Shown here in pieces: positions 38,391 through 51,899 of a stretch of 64,000 nt of DNA. The first letter of the stretch is position 1. Each line of letters opens with the position of its first letter. The position numbers and the translations under genes are program-made. The stretch is from Octopus sinensis (Eukaryota), in NCBI RefSeq assembly GCF_006345805.1, contig NC_043005.1, positions 16,492,001-16,556,000 on the forward strand, read 5' to 3'. The notes beneath the pieces are model-generated. The model did no database searches. It saw only the letters and a program-made list of their open reading frames with translations, and was not told the origin of the DNA.

Positions 38391-39566
38391 ATTGTATGCA
38401 TTGCTCAGGTACGCTAATGAACTTATTATATACAGTGCTCAGGTACACTAATGAACTTATTATATACAGTGCTCAGGTACACTAATGAACTTATTATATA
38501 CAGTGCTCAGGTATACTAATGAACTTATTATATTCAGTGCTCAGGTACACTAATAAACTTATTGTAGACAGTGCGCAGGTGCACTAATGAACTTATTGTA
38601 TACAGTGCTCAGGTACACTAATGAACTTATTATATACAGTGCTCAGGTACACTAATGAACTTATTGCATACAGTGCTCAGGTACACTAATGAACTTATTA
38701 TATACAGTGCTCAGGTACACTAATGAACTTATTGTATACAGTGCTCAAGTATACTAATGAACTTATTGTATACAGTGCTCAGGTACACTAATGAACTTAT
38801 TATATACAGTGCTCAGGTACACTAATGAACTTATTGTATACAGTGCTCAGGTACACTAATGAACTTATTGTATACAGTGCTCAGATACACTAATGAACTT
38901 ATTGTATACAGTGCTCAGGTATACTAATGAACTTATTATATACAGTGCTCAGGTACACTAATGAACTTATTGTATACAGTGCTCAGGTATACTAATGAAC
39001 TTATTATATACAGTGCTCAGGTATACTAGTGAACTTATTATATACAGTGCTCAGGTACACTAATGAACTTATTGTATACAGTGCTCAGGTACACTAATGA
39101 ACTTATTGTATACAGTGCTCAGGTACACCAATGAACTTATTGTATACAGTGCTCAGGTACACTAATGAACTTATTGTATACAGTGCTCAGATACACTAAT
39201 GAACTTATTGTATACAGTGTTCAGGTACACTAATGAACTTATATACAGTGCTCAGGTACACTAATGAACTTATATACAGTGCTCAGGTACACTAATGAAC
39301 TTATTGTATACAGTGCTCAGGTACACTATTGAACTTATTGTATACAGTGCTCAGGTATACTAATGAACTTATTGTATACAGTGCTCAGATACACTAATGA
39401 ACTTATTATATACAGTGCTCAGGTACACTAATGAACTTATTGTATACAGTGCTCAGGTACACTAATGAACTTATTGTATACAGTGCTCAGGTACACTAAT
39501 GAACTTATTGTATACAGTGCTCAGGTACACTATTGAACTTATTGTATACAGTGCTCAGGTACACTA
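38391..39566 (-). repeat. 34-bp tandem array (about 34-35 units) of the CR1 LINE 3' terminus
   Basis: Unit cagtgctcaggtacactaatgaacttattgtata (period 34, e.g. 38433 and 38467). Its reverse complement matches the LINE end at about 31735-31765. Confidence 0.93.
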
Positions 39567-39990
39567 TAACTAATCAGAAAAGGTAGCCAAGAATGCATGT
39601 AGAGTATATAGAATAATACACAGGAAGTGAACAGTGAATGAGACATTTAAAAAAAAGGCAGTGATGGGGGTGGGTATCAGGTGTACTTCAAGCGAATGAT
39701 TTAAGAATGTTGTTTCTTTGTCAAGCAAGAATTACCATTCTTCTACAATGTCATGAGAAAGTAAACATTGTGCCAAATATGAATTCTCATATCTTTGGTT
39801 GTTGCTCCAGAGACAGAATATAGCCTAAAATTCCCATTTGAGGATAATGACAGAGCTAGGTGGTGTAAGGGGCAAATGTGGTCACAGTTAATTTTGCTGC
39901 TGAGAGAAAGCAGCAAGTCCTTTGCCCTCAAAAAACATTTTTTCAGATTGGAAAGGTACTGGTTCAGTCTCTTGGTGACCAAGTTTGGAT
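39566..39990 (-). mobile_element. Diverged CR1-type LINE 3' region, contiguous with the 34-bp array
   Basis: Minus strand ctcattcactgttcacttcctg...ttatagtgtacctgagcactgtatac aligns by eye to 31665-31760. Confidence 0.7.
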
Positions 39991-42832
39991 GAGGGTTTGA
40001 ACTAAAAAGATGAGTTGGAGCTGCTCACAGGTCCTCTGGGACAGGGCTTACAGAGGACTAAACAGCATCACCACCACCAGTTTGCCTGTCAGAGGAGTGG
40101 CCTAACACCACCACTACCACCACAACTTATTCTACCACCACTACCTCTACCAACATCACAACATCGCTGTAACTGCCATCACCTTCATCCCAGCTCTTCC
40201 CCTTCAAAAATCCCAATAACAGGTGTTGTAAATATCATTTACAACCTTATCACTTTACTAAATAAATAACTGTTGATGTTGTTGTTGTTAGCTGTGTTTG
40301 AGTGCTGTGGTGAAGAAGAGAGGATGAAGCAGTAGTGAGAGGTGGAAGAAGTGTGTTTAATGTCAAAGGCGTGGGCGGTGGGGGGTGGCATGGAGAAACA
40401 GCTTAAAAGACCATCAGATTAGCTATGCTCTATTAATCTATTAACTATAGTAATGTGACATTAAACATCACCAGCATCATAATCAACATCATAAATAGCA
40501 TAACCATCAGCAACAGCATCAAGAGAGAGAGAGAGCCTTCATACAATGACACAACCTGCTAGAAATAGCAGACAAATCTTCCTCAAATCACACTCTATTG
40601 TCTTGCCAAAAAAGAAAGAAAGAAAGAAGGAAGATTGTGCAGAATGCTAAGATGGTCACAGATGGAATGCCACTGATCATAAGTTTCTCAATTAGGGCTC
40701 ACCTGGGGTTAAACAATGACAGCATTAACAAGAGATCCTCTATGTGGGCAGCTAAACATGTTAGAAATAGCAGTCAAACATTTTAAAAAGAGGATAGACA
40801 TGTTAGATAATGCAGCCCAAGATAAGCTCAGCAGGAAGAAGTTGGGGTAGTCATGGCTAGAAAGCTTTTGATCGTAAATTTGCTTAACCCTTTTGCTGCT
40901 GTATTTTTGTTAAATATTGGACTGTGACCAAGCTGGGGCACTACTTTGAAGGACTTCAGTCAAACACATCAACCCCTGTGCTTATATGTTTTATTTTTTT
41001 TGTGTTTTTAGATTTTTTTAGATTTGGTATTTATTGTATCTTTCTTTCTTTTGCCAGACCACTAAATTACAAGGACATAAACAAACCAACACAGGTTGTC
41101 AAGTGCTGGTGGAGGACAAACACAAAGATAGGCACACAAACACATGCACATATAAGACAAGCTTCCACACAGTTTCCATTATTTAACTGGAATTTGGAAT
41201 ATAAATTAACGTTAAATTTTAATGGAAGGTCCTAAAATATGAAGTACCATAGAATCGGGTTGGTCTCAGTAGGTAGGGATGCTCTGAAAGGGATCTCCGG
41301 GTGTAGCGTCCCTGCCTTCTTGAGCTAGTTTCCCCACCACATTTCTTAAAAATCATGGTCAAGGCCTTGGTTTCAGGGCCACTTGTGTCTAGAAACTGAG
41401 GTTGGGGGTAAGCAAGGGCATGCTCCCTGTGGAAAATCCAGCTCCAAAAAAGCCTCACGATAGCAAAGGAGAATGGGCACCAGCCAACCCAAAGGTTGGG
41501 GTGGGCTGCACCTACCTACCTCAGTTGTTATGGCACTGAGGTAGATCCAGCCACCCCCATGAACAGGGACAAAACCAGGATTTAAAACACTGGATGACAG
41601 ATGATGATAGAATCAGGTTGGTCTCAGATGGGTTGATACCAAAAAGGTTGACCAGTTCAACGTAGGACTAAACAACACCAATATCTACATGTCAAAGAAG
41701 GAGCCTATATGCAGTTGCTTGGGTTGCAAGAAATAACAACCAAATCTTCATCAGGAAGGACTTCAATTCAGTATTATAAGCTAATGAAATACTCATCAAT
41801 TATATGGTATATTTGCAGCTTAACCTAAAGAGCTACAGCTCTAAATTGTACAAGAAGGGATGAGTATGTATGAAGTTCTTGCTTTTCTCAAGAGTATTAA
41901 TAGCAGAATTGAAGAGAATATGCTTCAACCAGGAAACAGAACTTTGTTCATAGACATGTCTCATCAAGGTCTGTCTGTTTGTCCCACAGAATAAATTACA
42001 ATGTGGCTGAAATAATACAACCTCACAACTGATTTAAAAAGCCAGTTAACTACAAGACATCCACACCTATTTTCAGAATACATGTAAATGTTGAAATTTG
42101 AAGATCCATCCAACCTACTCCCACCATAGACAGAGAGCCATAAAATCAAAATAACAATATAAAACTTTAGTATTAAAGTGTTGTTACAAACCCAATAAAA
42201 ATAAAAGGTTTTGCTGGTATTGATCAGACATTTTAGATGAGATCAACTTTCCTTTATTCTGCTTGGGATGGGACGAATTGCTTTCTATTTAATAGCTTCT
42301 GATCTGTAAATGTAATCTGGAGACCACATCAAATAGATATTTCACAAACTACTGTTGCTATAAAGTATCATTTAAAAACACATTTGCAGCTGGTCACATG
42401 TACAGTCAGCCTAGTTATATCTTATCACTGGCACTAACTAGTGTATTTATGATCAGGACGTTTAAATAACTGTTGTACTTTCCATCATCAATAGGTATCA
42501 CGTGCAGAGACTGTCCACTGTTGTATAAAATAAAGCAACAGCATTAGTTCAAATCCATCCATGAATGAATGAGTTTAAGAGAAGGCCAGGCTCTAAGGAA
42601 AACCACTATATATTTTGTAGAGCCAACACAATGGGGTAAGACCTGCACATTGATAACCTTAAAATCAAAGGTCTGAGATGTACATGTATGTATTATTATT
42701 TCCTCTGACTCTTTGCATCCTGAGTTCAAATCTCACCCATGTCAACTTTGCCTTTTATTATTCTTTGGTTGAAAAATTAAAGTACCAGTCAAGTATTGGA
42801 ATCAATTGTATCAGCTAAACCCTTCAGCTCAT

Positions 42833-43017
42833 TTGGGACTCTTTAATACCTGCCCACTTGGGACACTTTAATACCTGCCCACTTGGGACCCCTTAATACC
42901 TGCCCACTTGGGACCCCTTAATACCTGCCCACTTGAGACCCTTTAATACCTGCCCACTTGGGTCCCTTTAATACCTGCCCACTTGGGACCCTTTTATATC
43001 TGCCCACTTGGGACTCT
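42833..43017. repeat. 25-bp minisatellite x about 7.3
   Basis: Unit ttgggaccctttaatacctgcccac at 42833, 42858, 42883 and onward. Confidence 0.92.
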
Positions 43018-43475
43018 GCTCCTACTACACTGTTCACATTTAAATTAAACTCTTGATAATCAAATCTTTATAAGATGAATGATAAAGAAAGAGAGACTTC
43101 AGTTACCAACATAATAAATATCAATATATATATACAGTTAGATATTTTATTAAACATCTTCAAAATTTTGATTACACTGGAAATTAATTAAAACATAATA
43201 GGCAGTCTGCTAATTAGAAATATAGATTTCTAGCATAAGCACAACACCAGAAATTTCAGTGGGTATGAGCAATCAAATATAACAACACTAATATTTGAAT
43301 GTTCCTTTTCTTTTTTATTGATTCTCAAAGAATGTAAAGCAACATTGACTTCAATAGGATTTGAACTCAGAACATAAAAATCCATAACTATATATCACTG
43401 GCATTTTATCTGCTGCTCTAATGATTCTACCTGATCTACAAATGAACTGAGAATACATTTCTAAAAGAAAAATAG

Positions 43476-43515
<40 letters not shown>

Positions 43516-44505
43516 TATCACGTGTATATATATATATATATATATACAACATATGTGGAAAATCGGTGCGTGTTTGTTTGTGGCGTTGCTAGCTAACTCC
43601 TCCCACATCATTTTATTGATTTTGATTTGACACATGAGTGGAACTCATGTCTAGAAACCTCATGACATATGTAGATCGAATCTTAAACATTAAAAACTTC
43701 ATTCATACATTTCTATACATACATACTTTTTTGAATGCCCATTACTCTGATAATTCTGCATTTTTACAGTTACACTTTTTTTATGACAGTAGATAAATTT
43801 TTTTATCCCACAACGTATTTGTAGTGGCTTCATGCAGGCATAGCATGGATTCAATCCTTGATGACCAAATTGCACTTAACACTTCAACAGTGCTTTTCTC
43901 ATGGTAAAACAATAGTTTCTATGTGAATGACAGCAGTTATACATTTTCCAGATGTCTTTGCTAAGGAGTATACTATCTTTGACACTTAACCCATCTAACC
44001 TCTTCTTGGCCGCCAGGAGCTGGAATGGAGATAACAGACCGCCAACAAAATCATTTGTTCTCAACAATATATCTTTCCTTCTAGCTGCTTTTTGATAGTT
44101 ATAAAAACAAGAACTCCATAAGCTAAAGGCAGTTACTGAGAGTAACCATCAGTGAACATGAGCATTATTATTGCACTTTCTTCAAACATGCTGTTCATAT
44201 ATTCATATACATACAATCTCTTCCTCCTCCAACTGACAGTTTTTTGTACTTTTTCATGGTGGAAAATACACATTTTGTGACAATTATAATGAAATTGCTT
44301 TCTTATGTCAGAGTAACAAGGTGTTTCAATAGAACATCTTTAGTCCCAGGAATTACCAGGTACACCAGCTAGTATATCCATAAATAGAAAAATTATTATT
44401 TTTAAATCTCTCAACAAGAGACATTCAGTAACAGTACTCTAAAGTAAAGATTATTTGCCAACATAATGTGGCAGTCCTGGCCGGGACGAATGTTACTGTT
44501 ATTTA

Positions 44506-44594
<89 letters not shown>

Positions 44595-45999
44595 TTCAAT
44601 AAATGCTTTTCAGCTGCTCCATTGAAGGCAACACACAAATATTTCTTTTAGATAATGGACACCCCTTCTCTCACTCTTTAACACTTTGAACACTATACTA
44701 ATTTATATTTTAAGAAGACTTCAGTGAAAAATCCCCAGACATGTTCTTGACCCAAGACAGAAGATAAACTGTTTTTACTTCAAATTTTTATAAATTTTTA
44801 CTGATATTTGATAAGATGAGATACATCGAAATTAAATTCCCTCTTAAATTGAAATGTCTTAGACTTACTTCTGTGCTATTTCTACCTCCATATGTTATAT
44901 ATAAAAATTTGATTTGCATAGATCTCTAATCTTTTTTCAACTATATATATATATATATATATACATACACACACATATATATACATATGTATATATATGT
45001 AAGGATTTTCACCATCATTGCTTTAATATTCATTTTCCAAGGTTGGTAAATGGGTTGGAAGGATGTAAAATAAAGAACACCATTACCTCAGTTTGACTTT
45101 TTGTTCATTTCATTTGTGAGAGAAGGTCACCATCTTAACTTCTGATCTCCCCACAACTTCTTGTCTAGCTTTCCTAACAGCACCCAACAGCATTACTCTC
45201 TCTCTCTCTCTTCCAACTCCCATTCCATAACCATCAACTGTCCAGCTATACTCACACAGTCAAGCCCCTCCTTCACAGATCATCAGATGTCTTCTTGAAC
45301 CTTTTTTTATACCAGCTCTTCTGAAACTACCTCTGGTTCTATGACACAAAACCTTATATCATTAAAATATAAATTCTCCCGTTCTCATTTTATACATGGG
45401 CAATTTTATTAAGTTATGTTCCAAAACACCAGCTTAATTATGACGAAGTTAGTTAATTTATTAAATCTACTCCCAAATTCCTGATTATTTTTTTATATTG
45501 ATTACAACACACATAGGCAAGTGTCTTGTTTGAAATATAACCAAAAAAAGTTATGACCCAGTCACTTTTCCAGTTCACCTTGTGCCCTGTTTATTGCTGG
45601 GAAATAAGCCCTGTTTCATTATGTTTTTCTATGGTAATTTTACATCAACTTTTTTTCCTTTTCATTTTGTTACATGTGATGGCCTTTTCAAATGTTGATG
45701 TTTGTTTATTTTTAAACCAAAAACCAGATTTCCTCTATTTTCTTTCGATGTTTTGTATCTTTTTATAACTTCTTTCACCTCTTTCTCTTCTTATTTTTGT
45801 GTTATTTTACAACATTTTCTTCCCTGTACTAACAAACGAGTGATGTTCTTTGTCTGGGTAATTGTTTTTGCAGCTGGATGCTAGCCCTTTCTTTGTTTAG
45901 AGTGGAACCAGTTTTGTCAGTGCTGAGGAAAATTGAGGTCTGCAGAGTTATCTACCTTACCTAGAGATCACCACACATCAAATGGTTGTAGCTGTGATA

Positions 46000-46320
46000 T
46001 CTTCTCTATATATAAAAGGCAGGTTGTGTGTCTGTCAGGTTGTACCCTCACCCTGACCACGGCTTTCAACCGATTCTGATGAAACTTGACACACACATAG
46101 CCCAATGTCATAATTCAAAACTAACGCAGCGAAAATTTTGAAAAGTTCCCCCAGTTTTGAAAAAAATTTATAAATTCCGCCACTTCAAGCAGTCAACGAA
46201 ACAAATCATGACCAGACAACATAACCTTGGCATACTTCTGCTAATCGCAGCTGTAGCCGCAAGTCGTTGCCTACTAGGGGTTCTTACATACCCGGGCAAC
46301 GCTGGGCTATGCTGCTAGTA
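46000..46320 (-). mobile_element. Helitron/Helentron-like element, second family
   Basis: Minus strand actagcagcatagcccagcgttgcccggg...ttttatatatagagaaga. Confidence 0.5.
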
Positions 46321-46324
46321 TAAT

Positions 46325-46578
46325 ATATAATAATGAAATTATTGTATACGGTGCTCAGGTGCACCACAACTTGTCAGAAAGTGCATATAAAGTACATGCA
46401 GTAATATAAAAATGTCTGGAAAGCGAACCATGTATGAGTCAGATACATGCTTGTGTGTGTATGGAGGGGAGAAAATCAAGTGTAGTGTTGGCGAATCTCA
46501 GAAAGCATGGAAGTTTTGAAGGATGCAGTGCTCCGACAACTGATGCCGGCAGTTTGTTCCATGCTTCAGCAACTCTCG
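46325..46578 (-). mobile_element. CR1-type LINE 3' fragment
   Basis: Homologous to 31540-31765; ends gtggtgcacctgagcaccgtatacaataatttcattatt. Confidence 0.85.
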
Positions 46579-46929
46579 TAACTGTGTATGTATGTGTGTG
46601 TGTGTGTGTGTGTGTGTGGATGTTCTGGTTCGTATTTCAGTGTGTATATTTGTGAGGGTATGAAGCTTTGCTGTTAGTGTGTTGCACTCACAATCACAAG
46701 CTTGTTTCAATTGCCAGGGCCGCAGTGGATTGTTTTCTTGAGCAAAGCACTCCATTTCACATTTGACTCAGTTGATTCAGCTGTGGCTGAGTATCCTAGC
46801 TATGGACTGGCACCCTATTCAGAGATGTTAGCCTGCCCACCTATCCAACGGGGTAATAACATTTGTAGGCTACAACAATATGTGAGAAAGTGCATTGTGA
46901 CCAGTGATGTCTAATAAGCACATCTGATA

Positions 46930-47355
46930 ATCTGTTCAATACACTCAGTCAGTTACGATGACTAGGTTTCCAGTAGATCCAATCAATGGAACAGAGCCAA
47001 CTCATGCAATTAACATGCAAGCAGCTCAGCACTCCACAGACATGTGTACTCTTAACGTAGTTCTCAGGTAGATTCAGTGTGACACAGAGTGTGACAAGGC
47101 TGGCCCTTTGAAATACAGGTAATACTCATTTTTGACATCTGAGTGGACTGGAGCAACATGAAATAAAGTGTCTTGCTCAAGGACGAAGACTGACCCGTTG
47201 AAATACAGGTAATACTCATTTTTGACAGCTGAGTGGACTGGAGCAACGTGAAATAAAGTGTCTTACTCAAGGACAGAATGCACCACTGGGAATTGAACTC
47301 ATGACTTTACAATCTTGAACCGAACATTCTAAACCACTTAGCCACATGCCCTCAC
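46930..47355 (-). mobile_element. tRNA-derived SINE with a 90-bp internal duplication
   Basis: Same central domain as the 153-bp array unit; gaaatacagg occurs at about 47110 and 47200. Confidence 0.7.
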
Positions 47356-47410
47356 TTACTTGTATGTGCTTGTATTTTCATATATATAAATCATCATCAT
47401 CATCATCATC

Positions 47411-47671
47411 ACTTTATTTACATTATTTACATTTGACGTATATTTGTCCTCATCTTGTTTGTTGTTAACACAATGTTTTGGCTGATATACCCTCCAGCCT
47501 TCATCAGGTGTCTTGGGGAAATTTCGAACCTGGGTTCTCATTCCTAAGGTATTTTTCAATGTTATTATCCTTATTATTATTATTATTATTATTATACAGG
47601 TCACTGCATGGAATTGAACTCGGAATCTTGGGGTTAGTAGCCCATGCTCTTAACCACCACGCCAACTGCCC
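47411..47671 (-). mobile_element. tRNA-headed element with hammerhead-bearing tail (family H), copy 1
   Basis: Head gggcagttggcgtggtggttaagagc...gagttcaattcc, then (AAT)n, then GACAC-CTGATGA-A-GGCTG...CAGCC-AAAAC-ATT-GTGTT at 47467-47512. Confidence 0.8.
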
Positions 47672-47879
47672 ATAGAACTGTATTGTCATCATCACTGATA
47701 TTTTAACACTAGATTTCCCATGCTCTGATCTGTCTTCACCACTTACTGTAAGGAGGAGGGGGAAGAGAGGGAGGAGGAGGAGAAGGAGCGGGAGGAAAAG
47801 GAGGAGGAGGGGTGAGGGGTAGGAGGATGAGTGAAGTGGAAGTGGATGGAGGAGGAGGAGCTGTCCGATATGTACTTAC

Positions 47880-48014
47880 ATGAAATATTTGACTGGTCAT
47901 CGTGGGACTGTTTTTCCAGAGCTTTCTGCATCTGGCCGAGGAGAGCATCAAACTTAACCCGAAACTTCTTCTCTTCAATCTTCCGCGTATTTTCAAATGC
48001 TTCTTTGTAGATGT
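47880..48014 (-). CDS. Exon 2: predicted amphipathic helix
   Basis: Acceptor ttttttttgcag|AC, donor TCAT|GTAAGT; 135 nt, phase 1-1. Reads (D)IYKEAFENTRKIEEKKFRVKFDALLGQMQKALEKQSHDDQSNIS. Confidence 0.85.
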
Positions 48015-48179
48015 CTGCAAAAAAAATACAAAAAAAAACACAGTTTTATTTATTTATTTATTTATTTATTCATTTAATTTTGATATTTTATGAACTTGCC
48101 GAGTGATTCTCAACCTTTTCTAAAACTTATGGTGCACCTTAAAAATAGATTCTCTTGATACACTTTGCATGGAAAGTTA

Positions 48180-48542
48180 CTCTTTTATTTGTTTCAGTCA
48201 TTTGACTGTGGCCATGCTGGAGCACTGCCTTTAGTCGAGCAAATCGACCCCGGGACTTATTCTTTGCAAGCCTAGTACTTATTCTATCGGTCCCTTTGGC
48301 CGAACCGCTAAGTTACGGAGATATAAACACACCGTCATCAGTTGTGAAGTGATGTTGGGTGGGGAGACAAACACACACACACAAACACATACATACATAC
48401 ATACATATATGACGGGTTTCTTTCAGTTTCCATCTACTAAATCCACTCACAAGGCTTTGGTTGGCGCAAAGCTATAGTAGAAAACACTTGCCCAAGGTGT
48501 CATGCAGTGGGACTGAACCCTGCACAGCCACTCCAGCACCTA
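48180..48542 (-). mobile_element. SINE family A
   Basis: Consensus match with an internal deletion in the head. Confidence 0.83.
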
Positions 48543-48664
48543 TTTAAAAAAATATAGAAAACTATTTCTTACTTTGTTTCATTGACCATACAAAGGCACA
48601 GGCATGACTGAGTAGTTAAGAAGTCTAGGGTTCAATACTACTTTCAATACTACTAAATGGCTAC

Positions 48665-49213
48665 TTTCAAGGTGACCCCCCCCCAAAAAAAAAACAACAG
48701 AAGCCATAAAAATTTTATCAAGTCCTAAAAAGGTCCAGCAAATTTCATGAAACTTGCTGGACTTAAACTTTGGTCTTTGTACAATCATTCCCTTTGCATA
48801 AAAGCCGTGTTCTTTTCAAAATATGCTCCAAATGGCATACGTCACGCAAACACTTGCAATTGTTGTGCAAAATTGTCAATGACCTAAACACATTCCTTTT
48901 TGGGGATTTCCCTGATTTCTGCTGTGATTGCTGCCAATCGTTCACCAATCATTTGAGGGTTGTTCTGTTAAACATTATCCTTGAGATACCCCAACAGATA
49001 AAAATCTGGGAGGGGGGAGGTTCAAGTCCAATGAATGTAGTGCCCACTCAACATCACACTTCCTGCTGATCAGCCTCTCCTCAAATTGCTCTCTCAGTCA
49101 AGATAGGAAGTCATTTGATGCAGGGGGGGGGGCGTCTTGCTGGAACCACTGTTCATCTCAATCTATCACTCTGCATTGTTTTATTCAAACTGTTTTTTGG
49201 GGGTCACCCTGTA
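48665..49213 (-). mobile_element. Tc1/mariner transposon relic (transposase C-terminal fragment)
   Basis: Minus strand reads roughly QQD(A)PPH...EQFEERLISRKCDVEWALHSLDLNP..DFYLLGYLKDNV*QNNP, a decayed WPPRSPDL/DFxLWGYLK motif. Termini (t)caaggtgacc and ggtcaccctgta. Confidence 0.78.
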
Positions 49214-49277
49214 AATATGTGCCTCCTGCTATATAGCCCTAGCTCACGAAAGCCTTCCATAAGTATTTGGTAGATGG

Positions 49278-49465
49278 AGTGTTGGGCCTCATGGAGGCAA
49301 GGTGACTGAGTTCCTTTTAAGTGATGGGCCTCATGGAGGCAAAGTGGCTGAGCTCCTTTCGAGTGTTGGGCCTCACAGAGGTGAGGTGGCTGAGTTCCTT
49401 TCAAGCGCTGGGCCTCATGGAAGCAAAGTGGCTGAGTTCCTTTTGAGCATTGGGCCTCACGAAGG
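49278..49465. repeat. 42-bp x about 4.5 tandem repeat at the 5' part of a family C element
   Basis: gggcctca at 49284, 49326, 49368, 49410 and 49452. Confidence 0.85.
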
Positions 49466-49765
49466 CAATGACCAAGACCTTTGGCATTATGTCGTGCTTG
49501 AGACCCATCAAGCTGAGCAAAATTGCAGTCATGGAAGATACTGGTGGCATGTAAAAGCATCCATTACACTCTCAGAGTGGTTGGTATTAAGAAGGGCATC
49601 CAGCCATAGAAAACCATGCCAAATCAGACTAGAGTCTGGTGCAACCTTCTAGCATGCCAGCCCAGTCAAACTGTCTAACCCATGCGAGCATGGACAATCA
49701 ACATTAAAGGATGATTATGATGATGAAACTGAAAGAAGCCCAGTGTGTGTGTATATATATATATG

Positions 49766-49798
<33 letters not shown>

Positions 49799-49889
49799 GC
49801 ATGAGTCTGAAGGAGACAATGACAAGAGACTGAAACTTTTAGCAATCAGCTGCACCTGAGAAGACACTATAAGCCTAGTGAGATCGTAG

Positions 49890-50120
49890 TCATGGCCAGT
49901 GCTGGTGGCATGTAAAAGACACCTGTGTCGGTGACACATAGAAGGCACCCATGACAGTGACACACGAAAGGTACCCAATACACCCTTGGAGTGGCTGTCG
50001 TTAGGAAGGGCATCCAGCTGCAGAAACCAAGCCAAAATTAGACTGGAGTCTGGTGTGGCTCTCCAGTTTATCAGCTCCAGTCAAACTATCTTACTCATGT
50101 CAGCATGGAAAACAGACTCC

Positions 50121-50162
<42 letters not shown>

Positions 50163-50412
50163 TGATGATGCAACCAGATGTAAAATTCTTATTTCTTTAT
50201 TGCCCACAAGGGGTTAAACATAGAGGGGACAGACAAAGGGATTAAGTTGATTACATGAACCCCAGTGCATAACTGGTACTTAATTTATCGACCCCGAAAG
50301 GATGAAAGGCAAAGTCGACCTCGGTGGAATTTGAACTCAAAACGCAGCGGCAGACGAAATACCACAAAGCATTTCGCCCAGCTTGCTAACGTTTCTGCCA
50401 ACTCGCCGCCTT
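49890..50412. mobile_element. SINE family C (+, 49890-50165) and SINE family B (-, 50187-50412)
   Basis: Consensus matches. Confidence 0.8.
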
Positions 50413-51198
50413 ACTAAATTTTACTAGATGTAAAATTCTGCCTCAAAAACATCCCTGTCCAACCCATGCAAGCATGCAACAACAGTATTAATCCTTTACC
50501 ATTCAGATTACTCTGTCGAATTTATTGCTTTTCTAGTTTACATTGCTTTCAGTTAATCATGCGTTATCTCATAGCTACAAGAATTCAATGATGAGTATAT
50601 TTTTAGAATGACATTGTAGGACAAGTGTGAGAGGCAAGATCTGGAAGGTCTGAACAGAAAACAGATGAATATTTGGGCCAGATACGGGCAGCAGTTTAAA
50701 TGCTAAAGAGTTAAGTGAAAGAACAAATGAATACACACACACACATACACACACACACACACACACATACACACACATACACAGCTTTCTTAAAACAAAT
50801 TCCATTCACAGTGTAAGAAGACATTTGCCTAAAATTCCATGCAGTAGGATTAGACCTGGAACCATGTGATGGCAAAACAAACTTCTTAACCAGGCAATTA
50901 TGGCTGCACCCATAAAATATAAAAGCATTCTAGGCATGTCTCAGACTGTTGTGCCTTGCTTTTTATCTTAAACATAAATCCAGGACAATTCTATAACAAC
51001 GGGAATTGTATGGAGGCATTTTAACTGCTAACAAAATATTTGACAGGATGTGGGATAACATGGCATTGAAATAAAATTTAAATAAAACACAAATATAATC
51101 AGTAAAACAGTAAAGTAATACATCATATTTGACCTCTGGCTTCTTTCTGGTGATAGCATCATCACCATCATTATTTTAACGCCCACAAGGCGGCAAGC

Positions 51199-51597
51199 GG
51201 ATCTTATCGTTTTCAACGGCAGTTTTTAACATAATTTCTAGGTAACTAAGAAATTTTAAACTTTGTGTACTGGTAGAATGTGTTTATAAAACATCTTTTT
51301 CTCTTGGCTTTATTGAGAAAATTCTATAGTTTGTAAGATATTTGTTGTTTTTTTCTTCAATTTCTGCAATTTCAACCAATCACTGACGTCTATTGAGGTA
51401 AAAAAAACATTCTGTGCCATATGAATATGTCCCTCGTTTAAGAAACAGATTGGGTTTATTTACATTTGTGAAGAAAAAAAGATCCCCTAACCCTAAAACA
51501 GATTGAAATGCAATAGATCAATACTAGGGTCATAATTATGGGTGACAATTTCATATGACACCGCTAGAAAAAACTGCCGTTCAAACCAAAAAGATCC
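51199..51597. mobile_element. MITE (same family as 29936-30350) inserted in a SINE B head
   Basis: Same TIRs; flanks ggcggcaagc and tggcgacctggcagaatcg. Confidence 0.85.
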
Positions 51598-51899
51598 TGG
51601 CGACCTGGCAGAATCGTTAGCAGGCTGGAGTAAATGCTTAGCAGTGTTTCACCCATTTCTAAATTTTGGATTCAAAATTCCACTGAGGTTGACTTTGCCT
51701 TTTATTTTTGGGGTTGATAAATTAAGTACCAGTGAAATACTGGGGTTCAACATAATCGACTATTCTCTTCCCATCAAATTGCATGTCTTGTGCCTATAAT
51801 AGAAAGGATTATTTTAACGTCCACTTTTCCATGCTAGCATCGGCCAGATGGAATTTACTGAAGCAGATATTCTACAGCCAGATATCTATCATGTTCATT

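Noticed and set aside
38391-39566. CRISPR-like array (34-bp period)
   Set aside because: Units are contiguous with no unique spacers, no cas genes are present, the context is eukaryotic, and the unit derives from a LINE end.
43876-44067. 63-aa minus-strand ORF as an exon or RT fragment
   Set aside because: No convincing splice sites and no recognisable motif.
47745-47879. Extension of exon 2 to a second GTAAGT donor
   Set aside because: The extension is a pyrimidine-rich simple repeat on the minus strand and would end in phase 2, incompatible with the next exon.
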